Source: Azolla caroliniana (Eukaryota > Plantae > Polypodiophyta). Taken from it: a stretch of DNA of 64,000 bases. This document shows, piece by piece, positions 50,370 through 61,953 of the stretch. The number at the start of each line of letters is the position of its first letter. Position 1 is the stretch's first letter. The translations under genes and the position numbers were made by a program. The stretch covers positions 4,154,001-4,218,000 of the forward strand of contig JBHGNT010000021.1 in NCBI GenBank assembly GCA_043228905.1, given 5' to 3'. The notes beneath the pieces were generated by a model that made no database searches, was not told the origin of the DNA, and saw only the letters and a program-made list of their open reading frames with translations.

Positions 50370-52069
50370 AGGCTGGACCGGTTTTCTCCGTCCAGACACA
50401 ATTTGGCGCATGCCGGTGGATGCGCGGTTAGGTGGGGGCGGATGTCGTGAAGAAAACCGTCCACAAGTGGAATCGGTGTACTGGAGCGTAGAAACCGACT
50501 CTTCATGCGCGTGCGCCTTAAGGAAATCCTAGGTAGATTCGGTAGGTAAGGAGTAAAAGGGGAAACGGCTCCTTCCTTGTCTATAAAAGGAGGGAGACGA
50601 GGAGAGTAAAGGGATCGCGGAGAGTCGAGGACGAAGTGTTGTCGGATTGGGCGCGAAGGCTTCTCTCTCTCTCTCTCTGGTTCACAGACTCCATAGCTTT
50701 CTCCTGTGCAGGTTTCGGGAGGCTCGCGCTGCTCTGAGGAAAGCCTGAGTGCTTCCTGCAGCACCTCCAACCTGTTCCTGTCTTTCTGTGTGTTTACAAA
50801 CAGGTATCGGCATCTGTCCGCCGGCCTGTTCGGTGGTAGCAGGCTTCGTGTTTGTTGTCTTCGTGTTCTTGTTGTTTGTCTTGTTAATACATACATACAT
50901 TCGTGTCTTCCTGTGTCGCTATACCACTTGCGTCTTTGCGTCGAAGGGCCGTGTCCCTGTGGATCTACGCTCGCACGTAGAGGGTTCTTCCCATTCCTCT
51001 CTCGCTCTTTGGTACAAGACCCCCGAGGTTCCGCCTCATTCCACGCATCCGCGAGGAATACCTCGACACCGTGCAAAGCCACGAAGAAAGACGCAAGCCG
51101 AAGCACAGACTTCGCAACTACGCACGCAAGCCGAAGCACAGACTTCGTAACTACGCACAACGCAAGTTGGAGCACGGATTCCGCAACTCTGCATAAAGCG
51201 AGTCGACGCAGACCCCGAACGTGAATTGAAGCGGATTTCGGATACCGTCTGAAACCGACCCGACTTGAGCTTGAGGGGGCGTGTTGAGAATCAAGCTCAA
51301 CTTGGTCTAGTGTGTGAACTCACCTTGAGAGTGAAGAGACACCTCAACGGTCAAGAGTCACCATTATGTCACCACTTTGTATTCTAGCATTTAGTATGAG
51401 TCATAGAATCATATTCTATGACACATAACTTATGAGCTTTCACATTCCCCATGCTCCATGAGCCTTGTAGTTAATGAAGAGAGAGGGTGACTACATAAAG
51501 CACCCTCCTCCCATCTTGTATAATGTTGAGTCTTTCTCCTTTGCTAATATACATAACCTTGCGTATACTCGGTGTCTCTCTCTATCTCTATCTCATACAC
51601 ACAGTTCACATCTATTCCGCTTCACAAGAATCCATCTCTTGATTCTTTACAGTGTTAATAAGAAAAGTAAAAAAAGGATAAAATAAATGGGTTCAAGACT
51701 TAGCCGAGTTTGTGTGTATGTCGTAGTCACATTGGCATTTTGCATGCGATGAGCACACTAAAAGAACAAGGATGTGCCGCCAAGAAAAGAAACACGACAC
51801 TCGGCAACCTCAAGAACAAGAAGGACAAGAACACAGCAACGGCAATGGCGACTACAACGGATGATGACGAACAGCAGCAAGTCGTCCAGCACGCAGACGA
51901 CAGCAGACGGCAGTAGACGGTGACGGACGTCAAAGGCGGTAGCGCAGCAACACGATGGGGGGGAGAGAGAGAGAGAGTGCAGCACGGTAGTAGGCGGCGA
52001 CAGACGTCGCAGACGGCAGCGACAACAGCGTGGCACACGACCATTGCAGAGAGAGGCACGACCGTTGCA

Positions 52070-55000
52070 GGGGAGAGAGAGAGAGAGCATAACATAAAAC
52101 TCTATTCAAAAATAACACTCTGTAACTCTGTACATAGAATGTGCTCAGAGAGCACTTTTATACAAGTCCATAAAGGATTGACAGAAGTACTGACAGGTAC
52201 TTCAATGCTCACACGAGCGACTATCACTGACTCCCAAAAATATGCCTACGTACTAGGCTGTATCCATAGGTCTCTAACGGCCTACAGGTTTCAATGTGAT
52301 CTAGGTCTCCGATCCGGCTCCTGGTTCTGGATATCATCGGGACACCAATCCGGTTCTCCGTTCCAGATACCGATCCGGCTCTGGCTTACTCAGCCGATCC
52401 GGATCTGGTTGATCTTGCTCGCTCAATACTCCCCCTAAAGCTCAACTTGAGATCGGATCATGGTGTTAGTTTCTATGGTAGCCAGTTCTTCCGTCCGACT
52501 CCTTCTAGTGTCCTCTCGTCTTGCTCGCGCTCCTCGGCCGGTTCAGTTGTGCTTTCAACGACCCATTTGGTTCTGCACACCTCGTCCTCCTTGGTCGGCT
52601 TGTCTACTCATAAGACCCATTTCAACTCCTTCACTGCTATGACTCCAGCGCTTGTCAACCCATCAGTTCCTCCGCATCGGTATCGACTTCTGTTGCCTTC
52701 TTGACCGCTTGGCCTTTAGTTGATCCGGCTCTTCCGAATCCAACTGTTGAATTAAATCGGCTTCCTCCGATTCATTCCAGCTCTTGTCCGAGTTGGTAGT
52801 CTCCAACTCGTCTTCCATTTTTAGGCCCTTCGCCACATCGAACCACGTCTGGGTCTTAGCCTTCTTCCGGTTGGTTCTGCCCTTCTTGACTCTGCCACCA
52901 CTGCCGCTTGCTCCGACTTGTTTGGATGTGCTGACTCCTTCGGTCAACTCGACTTCCTCTATCTACTCATCTCCCCCCTTCGTTCTTTCTTCCTCTTCGG
53001 CTCCTTGTCTAGTGCCATCCGTTCCCGTTCCTGTTCTCTGCCTCAAGTGCGGCACATCGAGATGTTGAATGCCGAGCATCTCCGAAAAATGTTGCAACTT
53101 GTTTGATCTGAGCAGTTTGGTGAAGATGTCGGCAACCTGCCGATCCGTGTGAACATACCAAAGTTCAACTTCACTGCATAGGACCCGTTCACGAACAAAG
53201 TGATAATGCACTTCTATGTGCTTTGTCTGAGCATGGAATACAGGGTTCTTGGCGAGTTGTGTGTTGCTTACATTGTCATAATAAATCAGGATCGGGGTTG
53301 GCACCTTGATCCGGAGGTCTCAAAGCAGTCGCCAAAGCCAGATGGCTTTACAGGTGGCAATGGTAGTGCCCGGTACTCAGCCTCAGTGCTCGACAGAGCC
53401 ATTGTTAGTTGCTTTTTGTTACTCCATGCAACAGCTGCGCTACCAAGAGAAAACATGTAACCGAAGGTGGATCGGCAATCCGATGCATCACCAGCCCAGT
53501 CGGCATCGGTATATCCGACTAGCTTACCAGCTATACCGTGTCGGTATAACAGTCCTCGTTCCTTCGTGTCACTCACATATCGCAATAGTCGATGCGCGCA
53601 CTGGAGGTGCTCCACAGTCAGCTTCTCCATAAACTGGCTGATCACCCCGATTGGATAACTGATGTTGGGTGGTGATCGTCAAGTATATAAGGCTTCCGAC
53701 AATTTGTCGGAACCATTTGTCATCGCAGGCCGAGCTGAAGTCAGGACGTAGCTTCAGGTTCTGGTCCAGGGGTGTGGAGATTGGTTGGCATTCTGTCATG
53801 CCGAACTTGTACAACATATTCAGCACATAGTGTCTTTGTGAGAGCAATATGCCATCGGGGGTTTGGATCAACTCGATCCCAAGAAAATAATGAAGGTCCC
53901 CCAGGTCCTTCATTTCAAATGTGTTTGACAACTCGGACTTCACTCTATCGATTTCATCCAGTCTGGGTTCAGTGATGACTAAATCATCAACATATAACAG
54001 GATACAAACCGGACCATCCGGACCTTTCCAGATGAATAGTGACGAGTCAAACTTTGAGGCCACAAACCCCACCTTATGCAACCGGTGCGTGATCTTCGCA
54101 TTCCAAGCTCGGGGAGCTTGCTTTAGATCGTAAAGCGACTTCTTGAGTCGGCACAATGCCGACTTGTTCATCTCTGATTGGAAACCGGGGGGTTGGATTA
54201 TATAGACCCGTTCTTCAAGGTCACCTTGAAGAAACGCATTCTTCACGTCCATTTGAATAAGATGTCATGCCTTTGCTGCAACAACAACCAGTACCACATG
54301 AACCGTCGTCATCTTCGCTACCGGAACAAAGGTCTCGTCGTAGTCGATTCTGTGGGTCTATGCATATCCCTTTGCCACTAACTAGGCCTTGTACCGGTTG
54401 ACCAAACCATCGGCATTGTACTTCACCTTATATACCCATTTACAACCGATCGGTTTACACTATCGGGGAGGCTCAACCAGGTCCCATGTATCGTTGGCAT
54501 CAAGTGCCCACATTTCTTCCTCCATAGCAGCACACCAATTTGCATCTTTTGCTGCTTCTGCATAGCTCTCCGGCTCACACACTTCCGTCACCTTAGTCAT
54601 GTACGCATATGATGCGCCATGTACTCATTGTATCCGTATCTCATGATGGTTTTCTTTTGACAAGTTGACCGGCGTAACTTTTCGTTACCCAGTTTGAGGC
54701 CCATCTTGGCCGGTTCAGACTTCCTTTATGAAGATCCTCCTTCCGGGGTCAAATTTGTTCCAATCTGACCCTTCACTGCCAATATCGTATTCCGACATCT
54801 TCTTCTTCCCCTTCTCTTTGCACGTGAACCGTCTCCTCGGTTCCTTGCGCAGGGAGAGCACGACAAAGTCTCCACTACTTGTTGGTTCTTCATCCGACTG
54901 GTCATCCCGACATAGTCGCTCATTCGGCTCACTTAGCCGGAATGAGATCAGACTCTCATCTACAGTACTGAATCCTTCATCTTCTTCTTGAACCTCTCTA

Positions 55001-57409
55001 GGCTCACTAGCCTCATCTTCCGGAATCGGGTCTTCGTCGGAAGTTGGAGTCGGTAGGCTGCACCATGATGCCGACTCATCAAACTCGACATCTCGACTTA
55101 CTCGTACCTGTTTAGTCCGGGGGTTATAACACTTATACCCTTTCTGCTCATGCGAGTAACCAACTAGGATGCACTTCTCCGACTTCGGATCTAGCTTCTT
55201 CTGCTTCTTATCCGGTACATGCACATATGCTATGCTGCCGAATATCCGAAGTTGTCTCAAATTCAGTTTCCGCCCGAAATACAGCTCATGTGCTGACACC
55301 TTGTCACTGATCCGGTTTTGGATGTAGATAGCCATCCGGACCACCTCAGCCCAGTAGAATTGGGGCATGCTTTTCTCCTCCAGCATTGTCCTTGCCGCAT
55401 CAACAATCGATCGGTTCTTCCTTTCGGCTACATCGTTTTGCTCCGGTGTGTATCTGCAGCTGAATTCTGTCTTAATTCCGTTCTGTTGCAGATAACTATT
55501 GAATTGGCCGAAAAAGTATTCTTTTCCGCCATTCAAACGCAGACACTTGATCTTCCTCTTTGTTTCCCGTTCAACTAAGTTTTGAAGGTTTCGGAAACAT
55601 TCGAAGACTTTGCTCTTCCTCTCCATGAGGTAGATCCATGTGTGCCAACTGTAGTCGTCGATGAAGGCGAAGAAATACCGACTCCCACCAAGACTAACGT
55701 TTTGTGTCGGTGCCCATACATCCGGATGGATTAGATCGAGCTTGTTATGGCTTCAGTTTCGTTCGGTGGGGAATGGAAGTCGGTGTTGTTTCCCGGGTTG
55801 GTAGGCTTCACAAACATGGGCCTTTCGGCCACTAAATTTCGGCAAACCGAACACAACCTGTTTCAATTGCAGGTCTTGAAGCCTCCAATAATTAGCGTGG
55901 CCGATCCGCTTGTGCTAGAGATCGATGTCCAATTCAATCTTTTGTTGTTTGGCAAACATGGCGGTGCCGACGTCATTTGTGTTGAGGATGAACATCCTCC
56001 CTTCTCTACGTCCTTGCGTGATTATCCGGCCTTCTTCCTCGATGAAGCACCCGAGGTGCGTAAACCACACATGCATTCCCTGGTCGACGATTTGTCCGAC
56101 CGACACCAGGTTCTTTGGGATTGTCGGAATGTGTAGTACGTTCATCAGTTTTCCCTTTTGTCAAAACATGGCTTAAAGGGACTTCTCTGACATGCACAAT
56201 CGGGTGAGGGGTGTTGTCTCCGGTTTCGACCATTCCCAGTTGTTTTGGTTTCTCCAAAAACGAGAACCACTCTTCGTGGTTTGTCATGTGGTTTGACACT
56301 CCGGAATCAACGTACCACACTTCCTCCGATCCGGAAGTGGTCTTCTTCATTGAGTTGGCCTTGTGCTTCATCAGGATTTATCCAAATCGGCGTGCTTCTT
56401 CCAACACTCGCTTTCTTTGTGGCCTTTCTTGCCACAGTACCAGCATTACGTGTCGGCCTTTCCTTGCCGGTTTCTGGCATTGGCTTGACTCCCCCTGCTT
56501 GTGGAGGGTCTAGAACTACTGTCGGCAGTGTCTCTGTGCCTTCGGTTCTGCTCTGGCCGGCCGCCTCCATTACGTGCCGACCCACCTCATCGTCCATGCC
56601 CACGGGGTCGATCTGCCTCTGTGTACAACATCCGGTTGTTCGATTGAGTGGTCCTCAACCCACTTGTGTGATTTTCTTCGACCATCAACATTGATTGTAA
56701 GTCGAAGAAGGACGGTGGTTTCTCTCGGGTGCAAATTGTCGTCCGGATTGGCCCATACCGTTGTGCTAGACCACCGAGATAGATCTGGACCATCTCGTCT
56801 TTGTCCACCGTCACATTGATGGACCCGAGCGCATCACAAATCTCCTTTATCTTAGTGTAGTCCGTAACCGACATATCTCTTTGTCGGATGTTGTTCAACT
56901 CTTGCCGGAGCTGCAACTTACGGGTTGTGGTACTTGTGGCGAAAATCTTCCGAAGATTTTCCCAGGCCTCCTTTGGCGTTTTTGCATCCTTGATGTAGCT
57001 GTGCATCTGATCGTGCACACCAGATGCAAGGCAGTACAATACTCGGATCGCTCCTTGCTCCCATGCCGGGAAGTCTTTGTGTGCCGGCTCCGGTGCTACC
57101 TCGTTGGTTCCTTCCACATAGCTCCAATATCCATGCCCCATCAGGTACTTGTGCATTTTATATGACCAGGATGCATAGTTGCGCCGGTCGAGCTTTTCCG
57201 TCAGAAGTGAACTTGCCATTCCTCTGTTCTTCACCAGGTGTTCGGGTTTGTCTTCAATAGTCGTTCGTCGGCTGCAAAGGTTTTCAACCCTCGCGCTTTG
57301 ATACCATGTGAAAGTTAGCGTGCGGAAGCGTATGCCAAACTGGCTCTGCCGGATAGTAACAGTAAAGAGAAGAAGCTTTAATGGGAGCTTAACACAGAGA
57401 ATAAGCATA

Positions 57410-57452
<43 letters not shown>

Positions 57453-57779
57453 AGAACATAAAACTCTATTTAAAAATAACACTTTGTAACTCTGTACATA
57501 GAATGTGCTCATAGAGCACTTTTATACAAGTCCATAAAGGACTGACAGAAGTACTGACAGGTACTTCAATGCTCACACGAGCGACTGTCACTGACTCCCA
57601 AAAATATGCCTAGTACGTAGGTCTCTAACGGCCTACCGGTTTCAATCCGATCCTGGTCTCCGATCCGGCTCTTGGTTCCGGATATTATCCGAACACTGAT
57701 CCGGTTCTCCATTCTGGATATCGATCCGGCTCTAGCTTATTCATCCGATCCGGATCCGGTTAAGCTTGCTCGCTCAACA
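52070..57779 (-). mobile_element. Ty1/Copia element H, decayed, 3' LTR truncated at a (GA)n tract
   Basis: 5' LTR 57307-57779, PBS TGGTATCAAAGC at 57295-57306, gag-pol remnants ~53040-57219, PPT ~52429-52442, 3' LTR remnant ~52070-52428. Confidence 0.92.
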
Positions 57780-59419
57780 ACTACCTTCCAACGTTTCCTC
57801 CTCTTCCACTATCTTCAACCCTCTTGGAAGCATGGTCCTAATGTCATGTTCATTCAATAAATGTGCCTCTAAATCCACTTTCTTGTGAAACCATTGCGGG
57901 TTTTCCTGGCACGACTCTGCAACCATGCATACTCAACATTTGATCCCCATTGGATCTTGAACACACTTGAACATTGAGTGGGTGTCAATTCGACTTGATT
58001 TCATAGTGGTGACAATGTATAATATGCATTACAACAAAACATTTTGTATTAATTAGCCTGATCTAAACCCCTTACATGTTGAAGTCACGTCAACATCTAT
58101 CGCGATGTCTACACTTTCTAAAGCCTTTGCCCCTTCCATAATGTCTTGGGCCTCCATCCATCTTGAATTATGGGCTTTTTTCCTCCTTCCTACATAAACC
58201 TTGCTACCATTGCTGAAAATAGAACACATTCATTAAAACCTTCAATGACTATCACATATTTTGTGAATGAATCTAAATAGTACCTCTCCTCACGGGTTTT
58301 TCTTTCACCCCAAATCCATCCATGTCAAGGAATTGTAAGGATCAAGTAGTCATCAATTAGACAATGTTATACATTTTTTTCTACCTTTGCATCAAAAGAG
58401 GACCTTCACAAGAAAGATAGATTAAACATGGAAGATCAACAAGTTATGGAGATTTGAAGGTGAAGAAGATAGAGAAGACGAAGAAGGAGATGGGGAAGAA
58501 GAAGAACACAATATATTGATTGATCTTTCATACATCCACAACATATTGATAAAGATAAGGTTGTAAATCCCAATATTAGACTCAACTTATTGATAAAGAT
58601 GAACATTAATAATAGGGCTTTCAAACACTTGACCAAACTTTTCAAAGGTAGCTATAGATTGTGTGTTTGGAAGGATTATAAAATCTGACAGGTATATAGG
58701 TTGATGGTTTCCCAAATGTATCAATGTTCTATAAGTGGAGCTGAAAAGCGTAGCAAGGATGGTCTCAATGCAAAAGATGTATTTGAAAGCTCTAATGTGA
58801 ACTTTGTTGTTGAATACTCATCATTGACCTACTATCATTCCAAAAGAAGTCCTCATTTTGGAAGTGGTAGAGATTGTGAAGATGCAGAGGTATCAGAGGA
58901 TTTCATTTCATTGCAATCCAAGACACAAGCTATGGGGATTGGCGATACAAATAACGTACAATCGATTGCATCCTTAAATGTAGAATTAAATCACAATCGA
59001 TTGCATTTGTGAGGAAGCAATGATCCCCTTTCTCTCTCCCTCCCTCCCTCCCTCCCTCCCTCCCTCCCTCCCTCCCTCTCTCTCGCTCTCGCTCTCAAAG
59101 AGGTTAATATATCTTTCTTTCTTTCTTTCTCGGGTTTACTTAATTTATGTTTTTTGTTAATCAAGAATGTATGAGGTTATGTATCTTTGAGACCATGAAG
59201 AGGTCCAAAGCTATTTGATTTGAAAAACAAAGATAAATATAGATGGAGTGGTGGAAGAAAGTACTTATCAGGTATAGGTAGAGGTTTTGGTTCAGATGCA
59301 GGAGCAAATGTGGGTGCAGGTTTCAGTTCAGATGCGGGTGAAGGATTTATGCAGGTTTCAAATTTTCAAAAATAGAGGGAAAAGGATTTATGCAGGGTTT
59401 TAATAATGCTAAAGTTGGG

Positions 59420-59685
59420 CCCGTGTTAGGCCAAAAGGTCCGGATTAGGTGTTCAACCCGGGTTAGGTTTGAAGGACCGGGTTAGGTTTACAAGATTACA
59501 AGGCCCGGTTTAGGTACCTAGAACCTAGGTTAGGCTTAGAGAATTACAGTGCCCGGGTTAGGTACGTAGACCCTGAGTTAGGTATGTGGAGTCCGGGTTA
59601 GGCTTAGATAATTACATTGCCTGGGTTAGGTGATGAGAGTCCGGGTTAGGTAATAAAATGGCATCATCACTGCCCGGGTTAGGTT
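59420..59685 (-). repeat. Right subterminal array: ~11-12 copies of CCGGGTTAGG, the inverse of the left array motif
   Basis: Copies at ~59420, 59440, 59457, 59477, 59504, 59524, 59552, 59572, 59593, 59620, 59641 and 59674. Confidence 0.85.
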
Positions 59686-59802
59686 TTAAGCCTTTTATAG
59701 ATAGAGATCGCACGCGCTATTCTAAACGTGTCCTACACTGTCTTGTGATTTCGTCACCAAGCCTAATTAATATTTGGTAGCAAATAGAAACGTCAATGAC
59801 GG

Positions 59803-59819
59803 ATACATACATACATACA

Positions 59820-59852
<33 letters not shown>

Positions 59853-59927
59853 GTACATACATACTTCACATACATACATACATACATATATGTACATACA
59901 TACTTCACATACATACATACATACATA
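59803..59927. repeat. (TACA)n compound microsatellite just upstream of the PPR ORF
   Basis: Directly visible atac repeats with an internal ~40-bp duplication. Confidence 0.95.
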
Positions 59928-59973
59928 CTTCTCCTTCTATGACAGATTATGATATGATACGAGATGAACTGAT

Positions 59974-61953
59974 ATGAGCCTGCGACGAGGAGGCAGAGCT
60001 CAACATCCTCTCCCCGACCTCCCTGCGCTTCACCACAGGTTAGAAAACCTTCCCTTTCTCACTGATTTTCTCTCTCTGAGTTCTCTGTTAAAATCGTGTG
60101 GCGAACTCAAAGCCTTGCCGGAAGGCCAACAAATCCATGCCTTCATCCATCGCGTTGGATGTGAAAGCCTTATCGTCCTTTGCCATGGCCTCGTTAGTAT
60201 GTATGGAAAGTGTGGACGGTTTGAAGAAGCCCAGGTTGTGTTTGGTAGCATTAAGGACAAGACTGTGGTTTCTTGGAACTCCATCATGGCTGTATACATT
60301 CAAAATGGCAATGCAAAAGAGGGGATTCGACTCTTTAAATGTATGAAAGAAGAAAGGATCAAACCAAACAGAATCACTTTCATGACTATACTAAGTGCTT
60401 GCCATGGCCATGAAATGCTTGATGAAGGAAAGCTTATACATGCATACGTGGTTGAAAGTGGCTTTCTGACTGATGTTTCTGTGGGGAGTGCGCTTGTGAA
60501 CATGTACAATAAATGTGGAGATCTAGGTCTTGCTAAGTCCCTCTTTGATGAAATGAGCATAAGAGATGTAGTTTCTTGGAACGGTCTCATCACAGCTTAT
60601 GTTCAGCATGGACATTTGCAAGATGCTCTTCATACCTTTTACAGTATGCTTTCAGATCATAATGTGCAACCAAATGTTGTCACATTTACGGTGATACTAA
60701 ATGCATGCGTGAGTGAGGATGCTTTAGTTGATTGTATGATCATTCATGATTATATTATGGAAGCTGGTTGTGAGTATAATGTTATGATAGGAAATGCTCT
60801 TATTAATTCATATGGTAAGTGTGTGAGGTTTTTTGAAGCACGAACGGTTTTTCAAAGAATGCCTCAACGTGACGTGGTTTCTTGGAACACGTTGATCTTA
60901 GTTTGTGCACAAAATGGTTACCGTAGGGAAGCATTGAAATTTTTCCACCTAATGCAATCGTCTGGCATAAAACCAAGTGAAATTAGTTACATTATTGCAC
61001 TTTCTTTGTGCACAATCCCAATTCATATAGAAGATGGCAAACTTATCCACTTAAGTGCCAAGGAAAATAGGCTCGACTTGAATAGTTTTGTAGCAAATTC
61101 TCTGTTATGTATGTATAGTAACTGTGGGAGTGCTGAATCTGCACATGAAATGTTTGAAAAAATTCAAGATCGTAGCATGATGACATGGAATGCCATTATT
61201 TCAGCTTGCGATCGGCATGGGCTTGGGATGGAGGCCCAGAAACATTTTTGGCAAATGCTAAGAGAAGGTTTTACACCAAATGAATACGCCCTCACTAGTG
61301 TGGTGTCGGCATGTGCAAGCACTGTTGCATTAGAAGAGGGTAAGTTGATGCATTCTTTAGCATCTGAAAATAGTTTTGATTCTGATGATGTCTTCATGAA
61401 TGCACTTGTGAGTATGTACGGAAGATGTGGGAGTGTGGAGGATGCTTTGACAATGTTCAAGATGATGCAAAATAGAACTGTTGTGACATGGACTGCGATG
61501 TTGGCATCATATGCCCAACATGGTAGAGGTCAAGAGGCAATACAACTTTTTCATCAAATGCACAACGAAGGATTTGAACCAAATGAGATCAGCTTTGTGA
61601 GTGTTCTTTCTGCATGTAGCCACACTGGCTTAGTGCTTGAAGGTTGCTATTACTTATCTTCAATGTTTCAAGAATTTGAGGTTACGCCTATTACTATTCA
61701 TTTTTCTTGTCTGATGGATCTTTTTGGACGGACAGGAACACTTGACATAGCAGCACATATTATCAATCAGATGCCTTTCCAACCAGAGAGTGATGAATGG
61801 TACACATTTCTTTGTGCGTGCAAGAGCCTAGGAGATGTGGGGAGTGGAATATGTGCTGCAGAACAGGTTCTTGAGCTGTATCCTAAGCATTCTGCTGCAT
61901 ACATATCCTTGTCCAATATTTATGCATCAGCAGGAGCTTGGGAAGAAGTTTAG
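59974..61953 (+). CDS. PLS-class pentatricopeptide repeat protein with E domain and no DYW (organellar RNA-editing factor type)
   Basis: Repeated P-L-S triplets (ALVNMYNKCG, RDVVSWN, PNVVTFTVILNAC). End motifs VLSACSHTGLV, MPFQP..W..LCACK and AYISLSNIYASAG. Intronless, 659 aa. Confidence 0.95.
   Translation: MSLRRGGRAQHPLPDLPALHHRLENLPFLTDFLSLSSLLKSCGELKALPEGQQIHAFIHRVGCESLIVLCHGLVSMYGKCGRFEEAQVVFGSIKDKTVVSWNSIMAVYIQNGNAKEGIRLFKCMKEERIKPNRITFMTILSACHGHEMLDEGKLIHAYVVESGFLTDVSVGSALVNMYNKCGDLGLAKSLFDEMSIRDVVSWNGLITAYVQHGHLQDALHTFYSMLSDHNVQPNVVTFTVILNACVSEDALVDCMIIHDYIMEAGCEYNVMIGNALINSYGKCVRFFEARTVFQRMPQRDVVSWNTLILVCAQNGYRREALKFFHLMQSSGIKPSEISYIIALSLCTIPIHIEDGKLIHLSAKENRLDLNSFVANSLLCMYSNCGSAESAHEMFEKIQDRSMMTWNAIISACDRHGLGMEAQKHFWQMLREGFTPNEYALTSVVSACASTVALEEGKLMHSLASENSFDSDDVFMNALVSMYGRCGSVEDALTMFKMMQNRTVVTWTAMLASYAQHGRGQEAIQLFHQMHNEGFEPNEISFVSVLSACSHTGLVLEGCYYLSSMFQEFEVTPITIHFSCLMDLFGRTGTLDIAAHIINQMPFQPESDEWYTFLCACKSLGDVGSGICAAEQVLELYPKHSAAYISLSNIYASAGAWEEV

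Larger units (their letters stand above)
44109..51068 (+). mobile_element. Young full-length Ty3/Gypsy G, tRNA-Trp-primed, gag-PR / pol two-ORF type
   Basis: 626-bp LTRs at 44109-44734 and 50443-51068 with ~8 substitutions by eye. PBS TGGTGAACCCGACGTGA at 44739-44755. PPT at ~50430-50442. Flanks ccgc/ccgt give a 4-bp TSD with one transition. Confidence 0.97.
39174..51651 (+). mobile_element. Ty1/Copia element F (C family) with two LTRs, hosting Gypsy G in its 3' UTR
   Basis: LTRs 39174-39560 and 51282-51651, PBS TGGTATCAGAG at 39561, PPT at 51268-51281. No TSD (gcaag/gtgtt). Confidence 0.94.
34303..59763. mobile_element. Putative TIR DNA transposon (unclassified), inflated to ~25.5 kb by nested LTR elements
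   Basis: Left end GGCCCGGTGAGGAAATCGCAA versus reverse-complemented right end GGCTTGGTGACGAAATCACAA (17/21). A second block matches 23/28 (34339-34366 vs 59705-59732). TAATTA lies on both flanks. Inverted subterminal CTAACCCGGG arrays are present at both ends. Confidence 0.72.

Noticed and set aside
58701-59012. 103-aa ORF as the TIR element's transposase
   Set aside because: Non-ATG start, and no DDE or DNA-binding motif recognised.
59420-59685. Interstitial telomere or telomerase-added repeats
   Set aside because: The motifs are spaced by unrelated sequence, are not tandem TTTAGGG, and are mirrored at 34.4-34.6 kb. They are better explained as subterminal repeats.
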